Positions 27,623-38,889 of a stretch of DNA of 64,000 bases are shown here, piece after piece; within the stretch, counting starts at the first letter, position 1; each line of letters begins with the position of its first letter. The notes beneath the pieces were generated by a model. The model was not told where the DNA came from. It worked only from the letters and a program-made list of their open reading frames with translations, and made no database searches. Source of the DNA: Arenicellales bacterium (lineage in GTDB: Bacteria > Pseudomonadota > Gammaproteobacteria > Arenicellales > JAHEKD01); contig OZ242007.1 of NCBI GenBank assembly GCA_965204695.1, forward strand, positions 523,162-587,161. The letters run 5' to 3'. Made by a program: the position numbers and the translations under genes.

Positions 27623-28305
27623 ATAATTTTCGTGGTGTGTTTTTTGATCTGGACGGCACATTAATAGACACAGCACCTGATATGGGTTTGGCACTGAACT
27701 TACTACTCGAACGACATCACAAGCAACCGTTACCCATGACTAAAATCCGACCAAATGTTTCACATGGCAGTGCAGCCTTGGTGAACTTAGGGTTTGGAAT
27801 TGATCAGTCAGATTCAAGTTTTGAATCCTTGAAACAGGAATTTCTGGATATTTACCAAGCCAATGTTGCCGTTGAGTCAAAACTATTTAGCGGAATGGAT
27901 CGAATTTTAAAAAATCTTGAAACTACAGCGATTCCGTGGGGAATTGTCACCAATAAACCCGCCTATTTAACAGATCAGCTACTGGATAATTTAGGATTAT
28001 TAAATCGCGCTGCCAGTGTGATTAGTGGTGATACTTTAGCGGTCAGGAAACCTCATCCAGAGCCATTATTGAAGGCCTGTGAAATCGCTTCATGTATTTC
28101 AAGTGATTGCCTGTATATAGGCGATGCCGAGCGAGATGTTGAAGCAGCAAAAGCCGCCGGCATGATGTCCTGTGCCGCACTATATGGATACTATACAGAA
28201 GATGAAGATCCAATCACTTGGAACGCAGATTATTATATTGACTCTCCTATTGAATTAGAGCAATACATTAAACTTCCTTCTCAGAACAAGACAGTAAGAC
28301 TATGA
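27619..28305 (+). CDS. HAD-superfamily phosphatase (phosphoglycolate phosphatase / MupP-like)
   Basis: HAD motif [15 protein letters not shown] and motif IV GDAERD. It overlaps ubiG by 4 nt. Confidence 0.8.
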   Translation: MNNFRGVFFDLDGTLIDTAPDMGLALNLLLERHHKQPLPMTKIRPNVSHGSAALVNLGFGIDQSDSSFESLKQEFLDIYQANVAVESKLFSGMDRILKNLETTAIPWGIVTNKPAYLTDQLLDNLGLLNRAASVISGDTLAVRKPHPEPLLKACEIASCISSDCLYIGDAERDVEAAKAAGMMSCAALYGYYTEDEDPITWNADYYIDSPIELEQYIKLPSQNKTVRL

Positions 28306-29075
28306 GTCTATTTGATATGGCAAATCAATCCGTTGATAACCTGGATTTCAGCAATAGAACTTACTTAATTACCGGTGCAGCTAATGGTATTGGCAAAGCC
28401 TTATCAATAGCATTATCCAAATTTCAGGCTAGTGTAATTCTACTGGACAAAGACGATAAAGGACTCAATTTAGTTTACGATGAAATCAGTAAAATCGACA
28501 ATGCTGAACCTGTCATTGTGCATCAAGACTTAGCTCAATTAACACAGGACCATTGTGAAGTTCTGACAACTCAAATTCATGAATCTTTTGGCCGGCTAAA
28601 TGGGTTGGTTCATTGCGCTGCCGAAACCGGCCACCTAGCTCCTATAGAACATTATGCAGATGAAGATTGGGCGAGGGTCATCTGGGCCAATTTGCATTCC
28701 CCTTACATGTTGACTCGTAAATTAGTTTCTCTATTAAACACTAACGATCAAGCCACAGTAATTTTCACTTTATCCGAACAGGCGAGAAAATCGACTGCTT
28801 TTTGGGGAGCATTTGCGGTGGCACAACAAGGCCTTAAAGCGCTGATTGAAACTTGGTCTCAAGAGACTGAAAATAATAATACTAACTATTTAATATTAGA
28901 CCCAGGTAAAGTTAATACAGACTACCTTACTCAACTATACCCCGGACTTAATGCAGAAAATTATCCCGATCCAAAAACCATTGCCAAAGCTTATCTTCTA
29001 TTACTCAGTGACAGCAAAAATCTACATGGGAAATTCCTGCAAATCAAAGATTTACAACTAGAAATACTTGACTAA
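28302..29075 (+). CDS. YciK-like short-chain dehydrogenase/reductase
   Basis: Motif ITGAANGIGKA. It overlaps the HAD gene by 4 nt, and its position after ubiG-HAD is conserved. Confidence 0.75.
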   Translation: MSLFDMANQSVDNLDFSNRTYLITGAANGIGKALSIALSKFQASVILLDKDDKGLNLVYDEISKIDNAEPVIVHQDLAQLTQDHCEVLTTQIHESFGRLNGLVHCAAETGHLAPIEHYADEDWARVIWANLHSPYMLTRKLVSLLNTNDQATVIFTLSEQARKSTAFWGAFAVAQQGLKALIETWSQETENNNTNYLILDPGKVNTDYLTQLYPGLNAENYPDPKTIAKAYLLLLSDSKNLHGKFLQIKDLQLEILD

Positions 29076-29083
29076 TCGGTTAA

Positions 29084-29797
29084 TTAACTAGCGCTATTCA
29101 ATTGCGAAAGAATACGTGAGGCAGGTACGTATCCAGGAATAATTGTACCATTGTCTAAAACGATATTCGGTGTGCCCCGAACGCCACCGTCAATGCCAAT
29201 TTTGAAATGCTCAGCAACCGGGTTTTCACATTCTTTAGCTTCAATTTCTTTGCCAGCCTTAGCATCGGTTAAAGCTTGTACCTGATCATCGGCACAATAT
29301 GCTGATACGGCTTTGTCGTAACTCTCGGAATTTAACCCTGCACGTGGCCACAACAAATAACGAACTTTGACACCAGCATCAACTAAATCAGGGATCGTGT
29401 CAAAATGCAGCTTACGACAATAACCACAATCAATATCAGTAAAGACTGTGACGTAATGTTCTGCGTCATCTGGCCCCATGATGATCATTTTAGCCTCATT
29501 CAGTGAAGCCAGGCTTTGACTCATTTTTTCGGATTTATACTCAGATAACAGACTCACCTGCCTGGTCGTATCAAATGCTTCCCCTACTAATAAATGCTCG
29601 CCTGTTTCGTAAGCAAATATAGTTTGTGAGCCCAAGTCAACCAAATAAACACCGGGCATCGCAGATTCAGCAATACTTTGAATCTTCATATTTTCAGGGA
29701 TGACACCAGAAAGTTTTTCTGTAATTCGATCCACGTCTGCAAAAGCAGTTATTGATACAAAACTGGCCACGAATGCCAGCGTTTTGAATAATTTCAT
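29084..29797 (-). CDS. dsbC: Thiol:disulfide interchange protein DsbC
   Basis: Signal peptide, thioredoxin-fold active site DCGYCRKL, and GTPNIVL near the cis-Pro loop. Confidence 0.85.
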   Translation of the reverse strand: MKLFKTLAFVASFVSITAFADVDRITEKLSGVIPENMKIQSIAESAMPGVYLVDLGSQTIFAYETGEHLLVGEAFDTTRQVSLLSEYKSEKMSQSLASLNEAKMIIMGPDDAEHYVTVFTDIDCGYCRKLHFDTIPDLVDAGVKVRYLLWPRAGLNSESYDKAVSAYCADDQVQALTDAKAGKEIEAKECENPVAEHFKIGIDGGVRGTPNIVLDNGTIIPGYVPASRILSQLNSAS

Positions 29798-29959
29798 TTA
29801 CACCTCATCAGATTGGTAGTACTACTAGCGGTTTGCATTATCGCATGACTTGCTGCATTAGAAGTTTTAGTAAGGTAAATTTTACAAAAGTTCAATTTTC
29901 AAATAAATCTGTACCGAACAGTTTGATTTTACTCGTTTTTTTGACTATCAACCAGTTTC

Positions 29960-31570
29960 CCCTGATTCCCGGATAAGAATCCTATAAAAGGGTTAAAAGC
30001 TGCACCGGCCAAGGGTTTCAGGGATAATCCCTGTTGCAATACAACTCACCTGGCAGGTGCAAGATAATGATACCTCAATCCGCTCCTAAAATTGATATTG
30101 ATTTCACCGATGAACGGCTAACGAGCAACGCCGGATTGGTGTTTATCGGTCAACAAGCCAAGCACATGAAGGTGCCAGAGTTACTGGATACGAGGATTAA
30201 GGTCAAGCAGCGCAATCGCGGGTGCAATGATGCACAGATGTTACTGAGCCTGATTTATTCGTTTTGCACGGGCAATGGGTGTTTGTCGGATGTGGATGCC
30301 TTGAAAGCGGATCGGGTCGCGCAACAGCTATTAGGCTTAACCCAAGTCCCTGATTCACGGCGGTTGGGCGAATATTTATCGCGCTGCACGCCGGATGGAC
30401 TGGATCAGTTATATACCATTATTCGCACCCTCACGCCGTCTATCATTGCACCGGTCATCGCTCATCACCGCGAACAGGACGGTTATATTCCCGTCTTTAT
30501 GGACGGCAGTGCGATTGAGGTCACGGGCCGGTTATTTGAACAGGCCAATTGGGGGTTTACCGGTGAGGACCAATACTGGTTGCATGGGGTATTTATCGGC
30601 AGTGCCTGGGTCAGTGGCCGGTTACATCCTGGCGGCAGTACGGTCACCGGCGATTGGCGCGGTCAATTGGATCAGGATGTGTCGCCGTTGCTTGCGGATA
30701 CCGATCAGGTCTGGCTACGGGTCGATAACAGCTATTACAACGGCCAACTGATTGAGTATTGCCAGGCCAAGGGCTGGGACTATTCCATCTCGGTCACGGA
30801 TACCCGAAAGAAAACGCCTATCCTGGAGCAGTTGGAAGGCTTAGCCGATACGTGTTGGGCGGACATTGGTATGGAAGAATCAGCGATTTTTGCCTATTAT
30901 CAACCAACGAATTGGACCGCTGAGCAAACTTATGTGGTCATTCGCCGGATGGAAGAAAACAAACAACAATTACTGGTGCCGATCTATACGGTCATCCTGG
31001 TGTCACGGGGCGATTTACCGCTAAAAGAACTCGTCAAACGGCATCGCGGCAAACAGGGCCAGGAAAACGCCTTTAAAGGCCCGCTGACGGATCTGGATTT
31101 ACATCATCCGCCATGCCGATCCTTTATCGCCAATCAGGTCTTTTACGCCTGTGGCCAGATCGCCCAGTTGCTGCTGCGGGCGGTGCAATATCAACTGTTA
31201 CCCGATATCGCCCGTCAACATGGTATTCGGCCCATTATCCGTTATCTGATTCGATCTTGTGCCCGGTTAGTGCAAACGGGCCGACGATTGAAACTGTATT
31301 TTGCCAAGACCGCATTCAGGCTGGACTGGATTTATCATGCCGCCTGCCAACTGGAATAACGCAGACCAACATCAATGATAAATTGGGCGGGTGGTAGCCT
31401 GCCGATGAGGCTGTATGACTCAATTTGCAGGATGGGGCCCCAAAGACAATAACTTGCCCATAAAACCACCCGTCAGATAACATTATTTATGACTTAACCT
31501 TGCTGTTGGATTTGAATTCGATAAATTCCAGAAAATTCCTGCTTTTTGTCGGTTTAACAGGGAATTAAGG
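29960..31570 (+). mobile_element. Intact IS element, IS1380-like (IS4 superfamily), about 1.6 kb
   Basis: The imperfect terminal inverted repeats are ccctgattcccggataa (left) and ccttaattccctgttaa (reverse complement of the right end), matching at 13/17 by hand. It is flanked by a perfect 9-bp direct repeat, accagtttc, at 29951-29959 and 31571-31579. It is visibly GC-richer than the flanking DNA. Confidence 0.75.
30067..31359 (+). CDS. DDE transposase, IS1380-family-like
   Basis: Motifs FTDERLTSNAGLVFIG (N-terminal), VFMDGSAIEV, LRVDNSYYN, and HRGKQGQENAFKG...FIANQ (C-terminal block). The start is set at ATG 30067. Confidence 0.65.
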   Translation: MIPQSAPKIDIDFTDERLTSNAGLVFIGQQAKHMKVPELLDTRIKVKQRNRGCNDAQMLLSLIYSFCTGNGCLSDVDALKADRVAQQLLGLTQVPDSRRLGEYLSRCTPDGLDQLYTIIRTLTPSIIAPVIAHHREQDGYIPVFMDGSAIEVTGRLFEQANWGFTGEDQYWLHGVFIGSAWVSGRLHPGGSTVTGDWRGQLDQDVSPLLADTDQVWLRVDNSYYNGQLIEYCQAKGWDYSISVTDTRKKTPILEQLEGLADTCWADIGMEESAIFAYYQPTNWTAEQTYVVIRRMEENKQQLLVPIYTVILVSRGDLPLKELVKRHRGKQGQENAFKGPLTDLDLHHPPCRSFIANQVFYACGQIAQLLLRAVQYQLLPDIARQHGIRPIIRYLIRSCARLVQTGRRLKLYFAKTAFRLDWIYHAACQLE

Positions 31571-31621
31571 ACCAGTTTCAAGCCTGGGCAAAACCAAACT
31601 TGGCTATGTTAAAATCGCGCC

Positions 31622-32254
31622 ATGAGAAAAACAACTATTCTATTTGGAATTATAGTGGCGTTGACAAGCGGGCTCGCCTGGGCCGACATTTATGTCTATA
31701 AACACCGTGATGGCACTATTCTAATCACTGAGTATCCGCAAACTGCCAACCCTAGTTACACTTTGCTTGAAGTCAAAAAATCAGCAAAACGCACCAGTAA
31801 TCTACCTAGAGTTAATGTTTATTCTACTAAGCCTAAAAAACCTCATAAAAAAATCGTTAACTCACCCTATGATGCAACCATCAAGGCAATAGCAAGGCAA
31901 TATGGTGTCGACCATAAAATTATCAAAGCCATGGTTCAGGTTGAATCCGCTTTTCAGCCCAGTGCAATTTCACCTAAAGGCGCTCGGGGTTTAATGCAAC
32001 TCATGCCTGGCACGGCAAGGCGCTACGGTGTTAACAACAGTTTTGATCCTATTCAAAATCTACTCGGTGGCGTTAAGTACTTTAAAGATTTGCTCAAATT
32101 ATTCAACAATAATTTGAGGCTAGCCCTAGCCGCTTATAATGCAGGTGAAGCTGCCGTACAAAAATACAAAGGCATCCCGCCTTACAAAGAAACCCGGCTA
32201 TATGTACAAAAAGTGATTCACTATCATCGTTTGTATACCTTAGCCAATACTTAA
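31622..32254 (+). CDS. Lytic transglycosylase (SLT domain) with a DUF4124-like N-terminal segment
   Basis: Catalytic Glu motif QVESAFQPSAISPKGARGLMQLMP, plus AAYNAGEAAV. A signal peptide is present. Confidence 0.9.
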   Translation: MRKTTILFGIIVALTSGLAWADIYVYKHRDGTILITEYPQTANPSYTLLEVKKSAKRTSNLPRVNVYSTKPKKPHKKIVNSPYDATIKAIARQYGVDHKIIKAMVQVESAFQPSAISPKGARGLMQLMPGTARRYGVNNSFDPIQNLLGGVKYFKDLLKLFNNNLRLALAAYNAGEAAVQKYKGIPPYKETRLYVQKVIHYHRLYTLANT

Positions 32255-32293
32255 ATCATTAACTTTGCAATTTAATAATCAGGAGATAAAACT

Positions 32294-32494
32294 ATGTCAG
32301 TAGCTCGCGTAACCGAAATTATTGCTTCCGGAGATAGCTATGAAGAAGCAGTAGCAAACGGTGTAGAACGTGCCGAAAAAACATTAAAAAATGTTCAAGG
32401 CGCCTGGGTCTGCGACCACTCGGTTAACATCAAAAATCAAAAAATTGATGAACATCGTGTCCGCTTAAAAGTCACCTTTGTTTTGGAAGACTAA
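32294..32494 (+). CDS. Dodecin-family flavin-binding protein
   Basis: 66 aa. The pattern ARVTEIIASGDSYEEAVANGVERAEKTLKNVQGAWV...V.LKVTF fits the dodecin family. AGGAG lies upstream. Confidence 0.65.
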   Translation: MSVARVTEIIASGDSYEEAVANGVERAEKTLKNVQGAWVCDHSVNIKNQKIDEHRVRLKVTFVLED

Positions 32495-33540
32495 TTTATT
32501 TCAGGCAATTCTGTAAGTTTTAGCTTATAGCCTGTAAATAAAATAAAACCGTTTTTGTCCGGGCCAGCAATGCTGGAATTATCGACTCCCTGGCCCGGCA
32601 AACTCTCAAACTCCATTAATAATCTCCAATTTTTGTCCTTACCATACCATAGTGATGCAATATTGTTTTTATCTGCATATTTCATGATCGGTGCTAACAC
32701 ACTCTCATCTGGCAATAACAACATTTCATAAATGCTGCCAACATAATTGCCACGATCAGCTGCATTAAACACTTCTACAGCTGCATCGCCAAGGTTACTG
32801 GTAGTCACAATCCCACCATAATCTATCCTGTCTTCCCCCCAATAAATTTTATTGTTGGCAAATACCACCGCTGTGGCTTGAGAATCGAGTTTATATTGCC
32901 AATTGGTGCCTTTATCTGTTGAAACATAAGCTCCTCTATTTTTACGTGTATCCCCTGTTGTCACCCAAATATTTTGTGTCGACGGATCAACGGCTACCCG
33001 ATGAATATGCGCATCCGATTTTACATCGGCCTGAAAAATAATTGACCATAGCCCAGTGGCCGCTTCTCGCTTCCAAACATTTTTGGAAACCCCGGGCTTC
33101 TTAGGGCCATATTCACCAACGTATAAATTACCCTGATCATCTGAACTGATAGATAACCAAAGCGCACAGCCACCATTAATCGTCTTAATCTGTTCAAATG
33201 AATGACCGCGGTCTTTGGACTCGTAAATATTACAGGGTGCCCTTTCACTCCAATGATCATTATCGGTGCTAATTACAAATGTATTACGCTTAGTAATATG
33301 AAAACCTAAGATCGCCGCATTGAATTCGTATAACTGGGTAATTTGATCATTAAGTGTATTGATACTAAAAAGTTTATTGCCTTGTACAGCGTATGCCTGA
33401 CCTTGACTGTCAATAGCAAAACGCTGGAGCTGATAAGCAACAGATTCAATCGCTGACAGATAGATTTTTTCGTCAACGGGTAAAACAGACTGCTTAACAA
33501 CTTGCTGACAGGTGGTTAATACTGGCAACAATAAAAGCAA
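32491..33540 (-). CDS. BNR/Asp-box beta-propeller protein (sialidase-fold-like), probable lipoprotein or secreted
   Basis: Asp-box-like motifs SKDRGHSF and STDKGTNW. The N-terminus LLLLLPVLTTC is lipobox-like. The start codon is uncertain: a TTG at 33540, with the frame open back to the maeB stop. Confidence 0.55.
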   Translation of the reverse strand: MLLLLPVLTTCQQVVKQSVLPVDEKIYLSAIESVAYQLQRFAIDSQGQAYAVQGNKLFSINTLNDQITQLYEFNAAILGFHITKRNTFVISTDNDHWSERAPCNIYESKDRGHSFEQIKTINGGCALWLSISSDDQGNLYVGEYGPKKPGVSKNVWKREAATGLWSIIFQADVKSDAHIHRVAVDPSTQNIWVTTGDTRKNRGAYVSTDKGTNWQYKLDSQATAVVFANNKIYWGEDRIDYGGIVTTSNLGDAAVEVFNAADRGNYVGSIYEMLLLPDESVLAPIMKYADKNNIASLWYGKDKNWRLLMEFESLPGQGVDNSSIAGPDKNGFILFTGYKLKLTELPEIN

Positions 33541-33567
33541 ACAAAGTTTTGCAATTTGAAGTATTTT

Positions 33568-35844
33568 TTATCCTTGTTCTTCTTGAGCACTAACCACAGC
33601 TAATGCAGAAACATTAACCAAGCCCCTGACGGAAACAGAATTGGTCACTACATGAGCTGGTTTTGCAACACCAACCAACAATGGACCAATCGAAATACCA
33701 TCACCCAGGGTTTTTAACAGATTCATAGCTATATGAGCAGCGTCGATATTAGGCATGATCAAAACATTCGCTTCACCTGATAGCCTGGTTTCCTTCATAT
33801 AGCGAGATCGCTCTAAGGCGTCCAGTGCACTATGGGCATGCATTTCGCCATCAAATTCAAAGTCCGGTTGTTTACGTTCTAATATAGCAACTGCGTCACG
33901 AACTTTTTGTGCAGACGGATTATCATGACTACCAAAGGTTGAATGCGATACGAATGCAACTTTAGGCTCCACACCAAAGTCACGCACTTGATTGGCAACT
34001 AACACTGCCAATTCGGCCAATTCTTCAGCCATAGGATCAGTGGTAATATGGGTATCACAGATAAAAACAGTACCCGTTGACATTATTAGTCCAGATGTAG
34101 TTGATAAATCTCTGACTCCTGGCTTTAAACCAATAATGTCGCGAACATATTTTAAATGATCCGTAAAAGGACCAACACTACCGCAAATCATAGCATCAGC
34201 GTCACCTCGTCTCATCATCATAGCTGCTACGGCTGTTGGTACAGTGCGAATAACCTCTCTGGCTTTATCCGGTGTAATACCTGAGCGGCCCAAGTGCTGA
34301 TGATAGTCGGTCCAGTATTCGTTATAACGCTCATCTTCATTAATATTAACTAAATGAATGTCTTGCTCCAGATTTAAACGCAATCCCAGTTTTTGGACCC
34401 GGCTTTTGATCACATCAGGACGGCCAATTAAGATTGGTTTGGCAATTTTCTCATCAACCAGTTGTTGAACAGCCTGTAAAACAATCCAGCTCTCGCCTTC
34501 TGCAAACACCAATCGTTTAGGCTCTTGCCGAGCTTGAGAAAAAACCGGCGTCATTAATAACATTGAGCGGAACATAAACTCAGACAATTTGCGTTTATAC
34601 TCGGCAAAATCTTCAATCGGCCTGGTCGCTACACCGCTATCCATCGCTGCTTTAGCCACCGCTGGGGCAACTTGTGAAATCAATCTTGGATCAAATGGTT
34701 TAGGGATGATGTAATCCGGACCAAAAGTATTGGACTCACCATAAGCCTTATAAACCTCATGGGTTGTCTCTGCCATGCTCAAATCAGCTAACGCTTTGAC
34801 ACATGCGATTTTCATTTCTTCATTAATAGTAGTTGCACCTACATCTAGAGCACCTCTAAAAATATAAGGAAAACACAGAACGTTATTAACCTGATTCGGA
34901 TAGTCTGAACGACCGGTAGCAATAATCGCATTGGGCCTGACTGCTCTCGCTTGTTCCGGCATAATCTCCGGCACAGGATTCGACAAAGCCAAAATAACCG
35001 GTTGTTCTGCCATTTTCTCCACCATTTCAGGTTTTAAGGCACCGGCTTTGGAACAACCTAAGAAAATTTCCGCTCCTTCAATGGCATCCATTAATGTTCG
35101 AGCATCTGTGTTATTAGAATAGCCTTGTTTGTATTTGTCCATACCCTCTTCACGGCCTTGATATATCACCCCACGACTATCACAGACAATAATATTCTCT
35201 TTTTTCATACCTAAAGAGACTAACAAGTTCAAGCATGCAAGAGCTGCAGCACCCGCTCCGGAACAAACCAGTTTTACTTCTTCAAAAGATTTATTAATCA
35301 GTCTAAGACTATTCATTACAGCCGTGGCAACAATTATGGCCGTACCATGCTGATCATCATGAAACACGGGGATATTCATTCGCTCACGCAATGATTCTTC
35401 CACTTCAAAACATTCCGGCGCTTTTATGTCTTCCAAGTTAATACCGCCGAAAGTGGGCTCCAGACTGGCGACGATTTCAATTAATTTTTTTGGGTCACGC
35501 TCATCGACTTCAATATCGAAGACATCAACGCCAGCAAATTTCTTGAATAAAACTGCCTTACCTTCCATCACCGGCTTTGAGGCTAACGGACCAATTTGAC
35601 CAAGACCAAGTACAGCAGTGCCATTAGAAACCACACCAACCAGGTTACCACGCGCTGTATAGTCACTGGCCGTGACAGGATTCTCAGCAATTTCCTCACA
35701 GGCAGCGGCCACCCCAGGTGAATAGGCTAATGACAAATCATGCTGAGTGGCCATTGGCTTGGTTGCTTGAATTTGTAATTTACCCTTTGGCTCAGCGCGG
35801 TGATAATCAAGCGCCTTTTGTTTTAAATCCTGCTCCATATTCAA
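33568..35844 (-). CDS. maeB: NADP-dependent malic enzyme (malic enzyme plus PTA-like domain)
   Basis: 758 aa. N-terminus [15 protein letters not shown], plus [10 protein letters not shown] and [10 protein letters not shown]. The C-terminal half is phosphotransacetylase-like. Confidence 0.9.
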   Translation of the reverse strand: MNMEQDLKQKALDYHRAEPKGKLQIQATKPMATQHDLSLAYSPGVAAACEEIAENPVTASDYTARGNLVGVVSNGTAVLGLGQIGPLASKPVMEGKAVLFKKFAGVDVFDIEVDERDPKKLIEIVASLEPTFGGINLEDIKAPECFEVEESLRERMNIPVFHDDQHGTAIIVATAVMNSLRLINKSFEEVKLVCSGAGAAALACLNLLVSLGMKKENIIVCDSRGVIYQGREEGMDKYKQGYSNNTDARTLMDAIEGAEIFLGCSKAGALKPEMVEKMAEQPVILALSNPVPEIMPEQARAVRPNAIIATGRSDYPNQVNNVLCFPYIFRGALDVGATTINEEMKIACVKALADLSMAETTHEVYKAYGESNTFGPDYIIPKPFDPRLISQVAPAVAKAAMDSGVATRPIEDFAEYKRKLSEFMFRSMLLMTPVFSQARQEPKRLVFAEGESWIVLQAVQQLVDEKIAKPILIGRPDVIKSRVQKLGLRLNLEQDIHLVNINEDERYNEYWTDYHQHLGRSGITPDKAREVIRTVPTAVAAMMMRRGDADAMICGSVGPFTDHLKYVRDIIGLKPGVRDLSTTSGLIMSTGTVFICDTHITTDPMAEELAELAVLVANQVRDFGVEPKVAFVSHSTFGSHDNPSAQKVRDAVAILERKQPDFEFDGEMHAHSALDALERSRYMKETRLSGEANVLIMPNIDAAHIAMNLLKTLGDGISIGPLLVGVAKPAHVVTNSVSVRGLVNVSALAVVSAQEEQG

Positions 35845-35900
35845 TCCTTAAACTATCTCTTGTAAATCAATTTTAGCTTGTTAATAAAGTTTTTACCGCT

Positions 35901-35936
35901 ATAAATACAAAAGCCGCACAATCTGTGCGGCTTTTT
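35901..35936 (-). terminator. Rho-independent terminator of the alpha operon (after rplQ)
   Basis: 9-bp stem aagccgcac / gtgcggctt with loop aatct. The minus-strand RNA continues UUUUGUAUUU. The plus strand also has a T-run, so it may act in both directions. Confidence 0.75.
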
Positions 35937-35964
35937 AATCCTAGCATTCGTTCAAATACAATGA

Positions 35965-36366
35965 CTATTCTTCATCTGTCTCAATTTCTTCCAAGGCCGT
36001 TGGATCCATCGCTCCATCGACTAACTGAACATAAGCCATAGGTGCATTGTCACCAGGACGGTTACCACACTTTAAGATACGCAAATAACCACCAGGACGA
36101 TCTTTATAACGCTCACCAAGTTCATTAAACAACTTCGAAACCGCATCTTTATTACGTAATCTAGAGAATGCTAAGCGACGATTTGCTACTGAACCTTCTT
36201 TAGATAAAGTGATCAAAGGCTCAGCTACACGTCTAAGCTCTTTTGCTTTGGGTAAAGTCGTTTTGATCTGCTCGTGCATAAACAGAGAGCTAGCCATGTT
36301 TCTAAACATGGCATCTCTATGCGAGCTGGTTCGATTTAGCTTACGTCCTGATTTTCCATGACGCAT
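35965..36366 (-). CDS. rplQ: 50S ribosomal protein L17
   Basis: [24 protein letters not shown]; last gene of the alpha operon. Confidence 0.97.
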   Translation of the reverse strand: MRHGKSGRKLNRTSSHRDAMFRNMASSLFMHEQIKTTLPKAKELRRVAEPLITLSKEGSVANRRLAFSRLRNKDAVSKLFNELGERYKDRPGGYLRILKCGNRPGDNAPMAYVQLVDGAMDPTALEEIETDEE

Positions 36367-36386
36367 GATGAATACTCCTGTGAATC

Positions 36387-37373
36387 TTACTTATCACCAG
36401 GCTGGCGAATTAACGCCGGTGGCCAGTTTTCCAAAATTGTTCCAAGTGCTAAACCACGCTCTTGTAACACATCTTTAATCTCATTAAGTGATTTTTTACC
36501 CAGATTTGGAGTCTTTAATAATTCAACTTCAGTACGTTGAACTAAATCACCAATGTAATAAATATTTTCTGCTTTCAAACAATTCGCCGAACGTACAGTT
36601 AATTCAAGATCATCCACTGGACGTATCAATACCGGATCAATTTCCGGCTCATCAACATTCTGGGTTTCTTGAGCAATTTGCTTAAGATCGACAAATACTG
36701 AAATCTGATCATGCAATATTGTTGCCGCGCGTTTGATCGCACTTTCTGGGTCAATCGTACCGTCAGTTTTCATTTCGATAATCAACTTATCAAGGTCGGT
36801 GCGCTGCTCTACACGGGCATTTTCAACAGAATAGGTCACTTCTAATACCGGGCTAAATGAAGCATCCAGTTTCATTGCACCAATAGTTTTGTTCTCACCG
36901 GACTTATCCATCTCAGCAACACGGTAACCACGTCCCTTTTCGACTTTGATTTCCATTTCCAACTTGGCATCATCAGATAAATGCGCTAAGACGAAATCAG
37001 GGTTAACGATCTCAACATCGTGCTCCAGCTGAAAATCGCCAGCCGTTAATTTGCCTGGTCCCTGCTTATTGATTTTAAGTACAGCTTCTTCTTTTTCATG
37101 AAGTTGAATGGCGACATTCTTAAGATTCATTAATAAATCAATAACGTCTTCCTGTACGCCTTCAATAGTGGTGTACTCATGTAATACACCATCAATCCGC
37201 ACCTCAGTGACTGCACAACCAGGCATGGAAGAAAGTAGAATTCGACGCAACGCATTTCCTAAAGTATAGCCAAATCCGCGCTCAAGTGGTTCTAAAGCAA
37301 CTTTGGCACGAGTACCGTCTGATTTTACATCGACAATACGAGGTTTCAGGAAATCAGCAATAGTATCTGTCAT
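36387..37373 (-). CDS. rpoA: DNA-directed RNA polymerase subunit alpha
   Basis: 328 aa; [23 protein letters not shown]; C-terminal domain [12 protein letters not shown]. Confidence 0.97.
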   Translation of the reverse strand: MTDTIADFLKPRIVDVKSDGTRAKVALEPLERGFGYTLGNALRRILLSSMPGCAVTEVRIDGVLHEYTTIEGVQEDVIDLLMNLKNVAIQLHEKEEAVLKINKQGPGKLTAGDFQLEHDVEIVNPDFVLAHLSDDAKLEMEIKVEKGRGYRVAEMDKSGENKTIGAMKLDASFSPVLEVTYSVENARVEQRTDLDKLIIEMKTDGTIDPESAIKRAATILHDQISVFVDLKQIAQETQNVDEPEIDPVLIRPVDDLELTVRSANCLKAENIYYIGDLVQRTEVELLKTPNLGKKSLNEIKDVLQERGLALGTILENWPPALIRQPGDK

Positions 37374-37418
37374 GTTAATCCTCGAGAATAACTCACGGGT
37401 TAAGGTTATATATGTTGA

Positions 37419-38042
37419 TTATTTAGAATAAAGGGCAACAACCAGCGACTCATCAATATCTGCGGATAAGTCGCCTCGTTCAGGCTGAGATTTAAAAACA
37501 CCTTTAACGTTTTTAACATCGACATCAACCCAATCTGGAAAACCAATTTGCTGCGCAATTTCTAAAGAAGCAGTTATACGTAGCTGCTTTTTGCTTTTCT
37601 CTCTAACTTCCACCTCATCACCAGCTTTGACCTGGTATGACGGAATATTAACACGAGTACCGTTAACCATAATCGCATTATGGCTTACAAGTTGTCGCGC
37701 TTCTGCTCTTGTAACACCGTAACCCATTCGATAAACAACGTTATCCAATCGGCTTTCCAGCAGTTTAAACAGGTTTTCACCCGTTGAGCCTTTGATTCGG
37801 GCCGCTTCATCATAATAGCTGCGGAACTGTTTTTCTAAAATGCCATACATACGGCGCATTTTTTGCTTTTCACGTAACTGACTACCAAAAACAGTTACAC
37901 GCCCAGGCCTGGCGCTTGCTTTTGCACCTGGAACACGTCCAACTCGACATTTTGATTCTAACGAACGCGCCGGACTTTTAAGAAAAAGGTCTGTGCCTTC
38001 TCTGCGAGCCAGTTTACAAGTTGGTCCTAAATATCTTGCCAT
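37419..38042 (-). CDS. rpsD: 30S ribosomal protein S4
   Basis: [23 protein letters not shown]. Confidence 0.97.
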   Translation of the reverse strand: MARYLGPTCKLARREGTDLFLKSPARSLESKCRVGRVPGAKASARPGRVTVFGSQLREKQKMRRMYGILEKQFRSYYDEAARIKGSTGENLFKLLESRLDNVVYRMGYGVTRAEARQLVSHNAIMVNGTRVNIPSYQVKAGDEVEVREKSKKQLRITASLEIAQQIGFPDWVDVDVKNVKGVFKSQPERGDLSADIDESLVVALYSK

Positions 38043-38054
38043 AATAATTCCGAA

Positions 38055-38441
38055 TTAAACTCGACGTTTTTTTGGTGGACGACAACCATTATGAGGAATA
38101 GGTGTCACATCCGTAATACTGGAAATCTCTAATCCTAAGGCATTTAATGCACGCACCGCAGATTCACGGCCAGGGCCAGGGCCTTTGATGCGAACTTCGA
38201 CATTCTTAAGGCCGTATTCCATAGCTACTTTACCGCAGTTTTCAGCAGCAACCTGAGCTGCAAATGGTGTGCTTTTACGCGAACCACGGAAACCGGCTCC
38301 GCCAGCAGTGGCCCAGCTCAAAGCATTACCGTGGCGATCAGTAATGGAAATTATGGTATTGTTGAAAGAAGCGTGCACATGGGCGATACCATCAACTACA
38401 TGCTTTTTAACCTTAGATTTTTTTGATCCTGCTTTAGCCAT
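38055..38441 (-). CDS. rpsK: 30S ribosomal protein S11
   Basis: [28 protein letters not shown]. Confidence 0.97.
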   Translation of the reverse strand: MAKAGSKKSKVKKHVVDGIAHVHASFNNTIISITDRHGNALSWATAGGAGFRGSRKSTPFAAQVAAENCGKVAMEYGLKNVEVRIKGPGPGRESAVRALNALGLEISSITDVTPIPHNGCRPPKKRRV

Positions 38442-38446
38442 TTGAA

Positions 38447-38803
38447 TTACCTTTTGATTGGTCTGCGTGGACCTTTGCGAGTTCTTGCATTAGTCGATGT
38501 GCGTTGACCTCGAACAGGCAATCCACGACGATGACGTAACCCGCGATAATTACCCATATCCATCAATCGCTTGATGTTCATTGATACTTCACGTCGTAAG
38601 TCACCCTCAACCTGATATTGAGCAACACTTTGACGCAATTGGTCAGCTTGTTCCTCAGTCAAATCTTTGACTTTAGTCTGGCGATTAAGACTAATCGATT
38701 CACAAATATCCTGTGCCGTATGACGGCCAATGCCATAAATAGAGGTCAGTGCGATCTCTATATGTTTGTTAGCAGGTAAATTTATACCGGCAATTCGAGC
38801 CAC
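38447..38803 (-). CDS. rpsM: 30S ribosomal protein S13
   Basis: [25 protein letters not shown]; starts with GTG. Confidence 0.97.
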   Translation of the reverse strand: MARIAGINLPANKHIEIALTSIYGIGRHTAQDICESISLNRQTKVKDLTEEQADQLRQSVAQYQVEGDLRREVSMNIKRLMDMGNYRGLRHRRGLPVRGQRTSTNARTRKGPRRPIKR

Positions 38804-38854
38804 TTGTGTTGTCTCCGCTTAAGTTTTCAAAAAGCGCGTAAGGATACCGTTTTT

Positions 38855-38884
38855 ATCGCTTGTTTTCAATAGCTTACAAGCGAT
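38855..38884 (-). promoter_or_regulatory. Hairpin in the rpmJ-rpsM spacer; its position corresponds to the S4 autoregulatory leader of the alpha operon
   Basis: 9-bp stem atcgcttgt / acaagcgat with a 12-nt loop. No U-tract follows, so it is not a terminator. The functional assignment is by position only. Confidence 0.3.
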
Positions 38885-38889
38885 TTTGA

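Noticed and set aside
30395-31397. 118-aa and 94-aa plus-strand ORFs inside the IS element.
   Set aside because: They are alternative frames of the GC-rich transposase gene, with Arg/Pro/Ser-rich products. They are composition artefacts.
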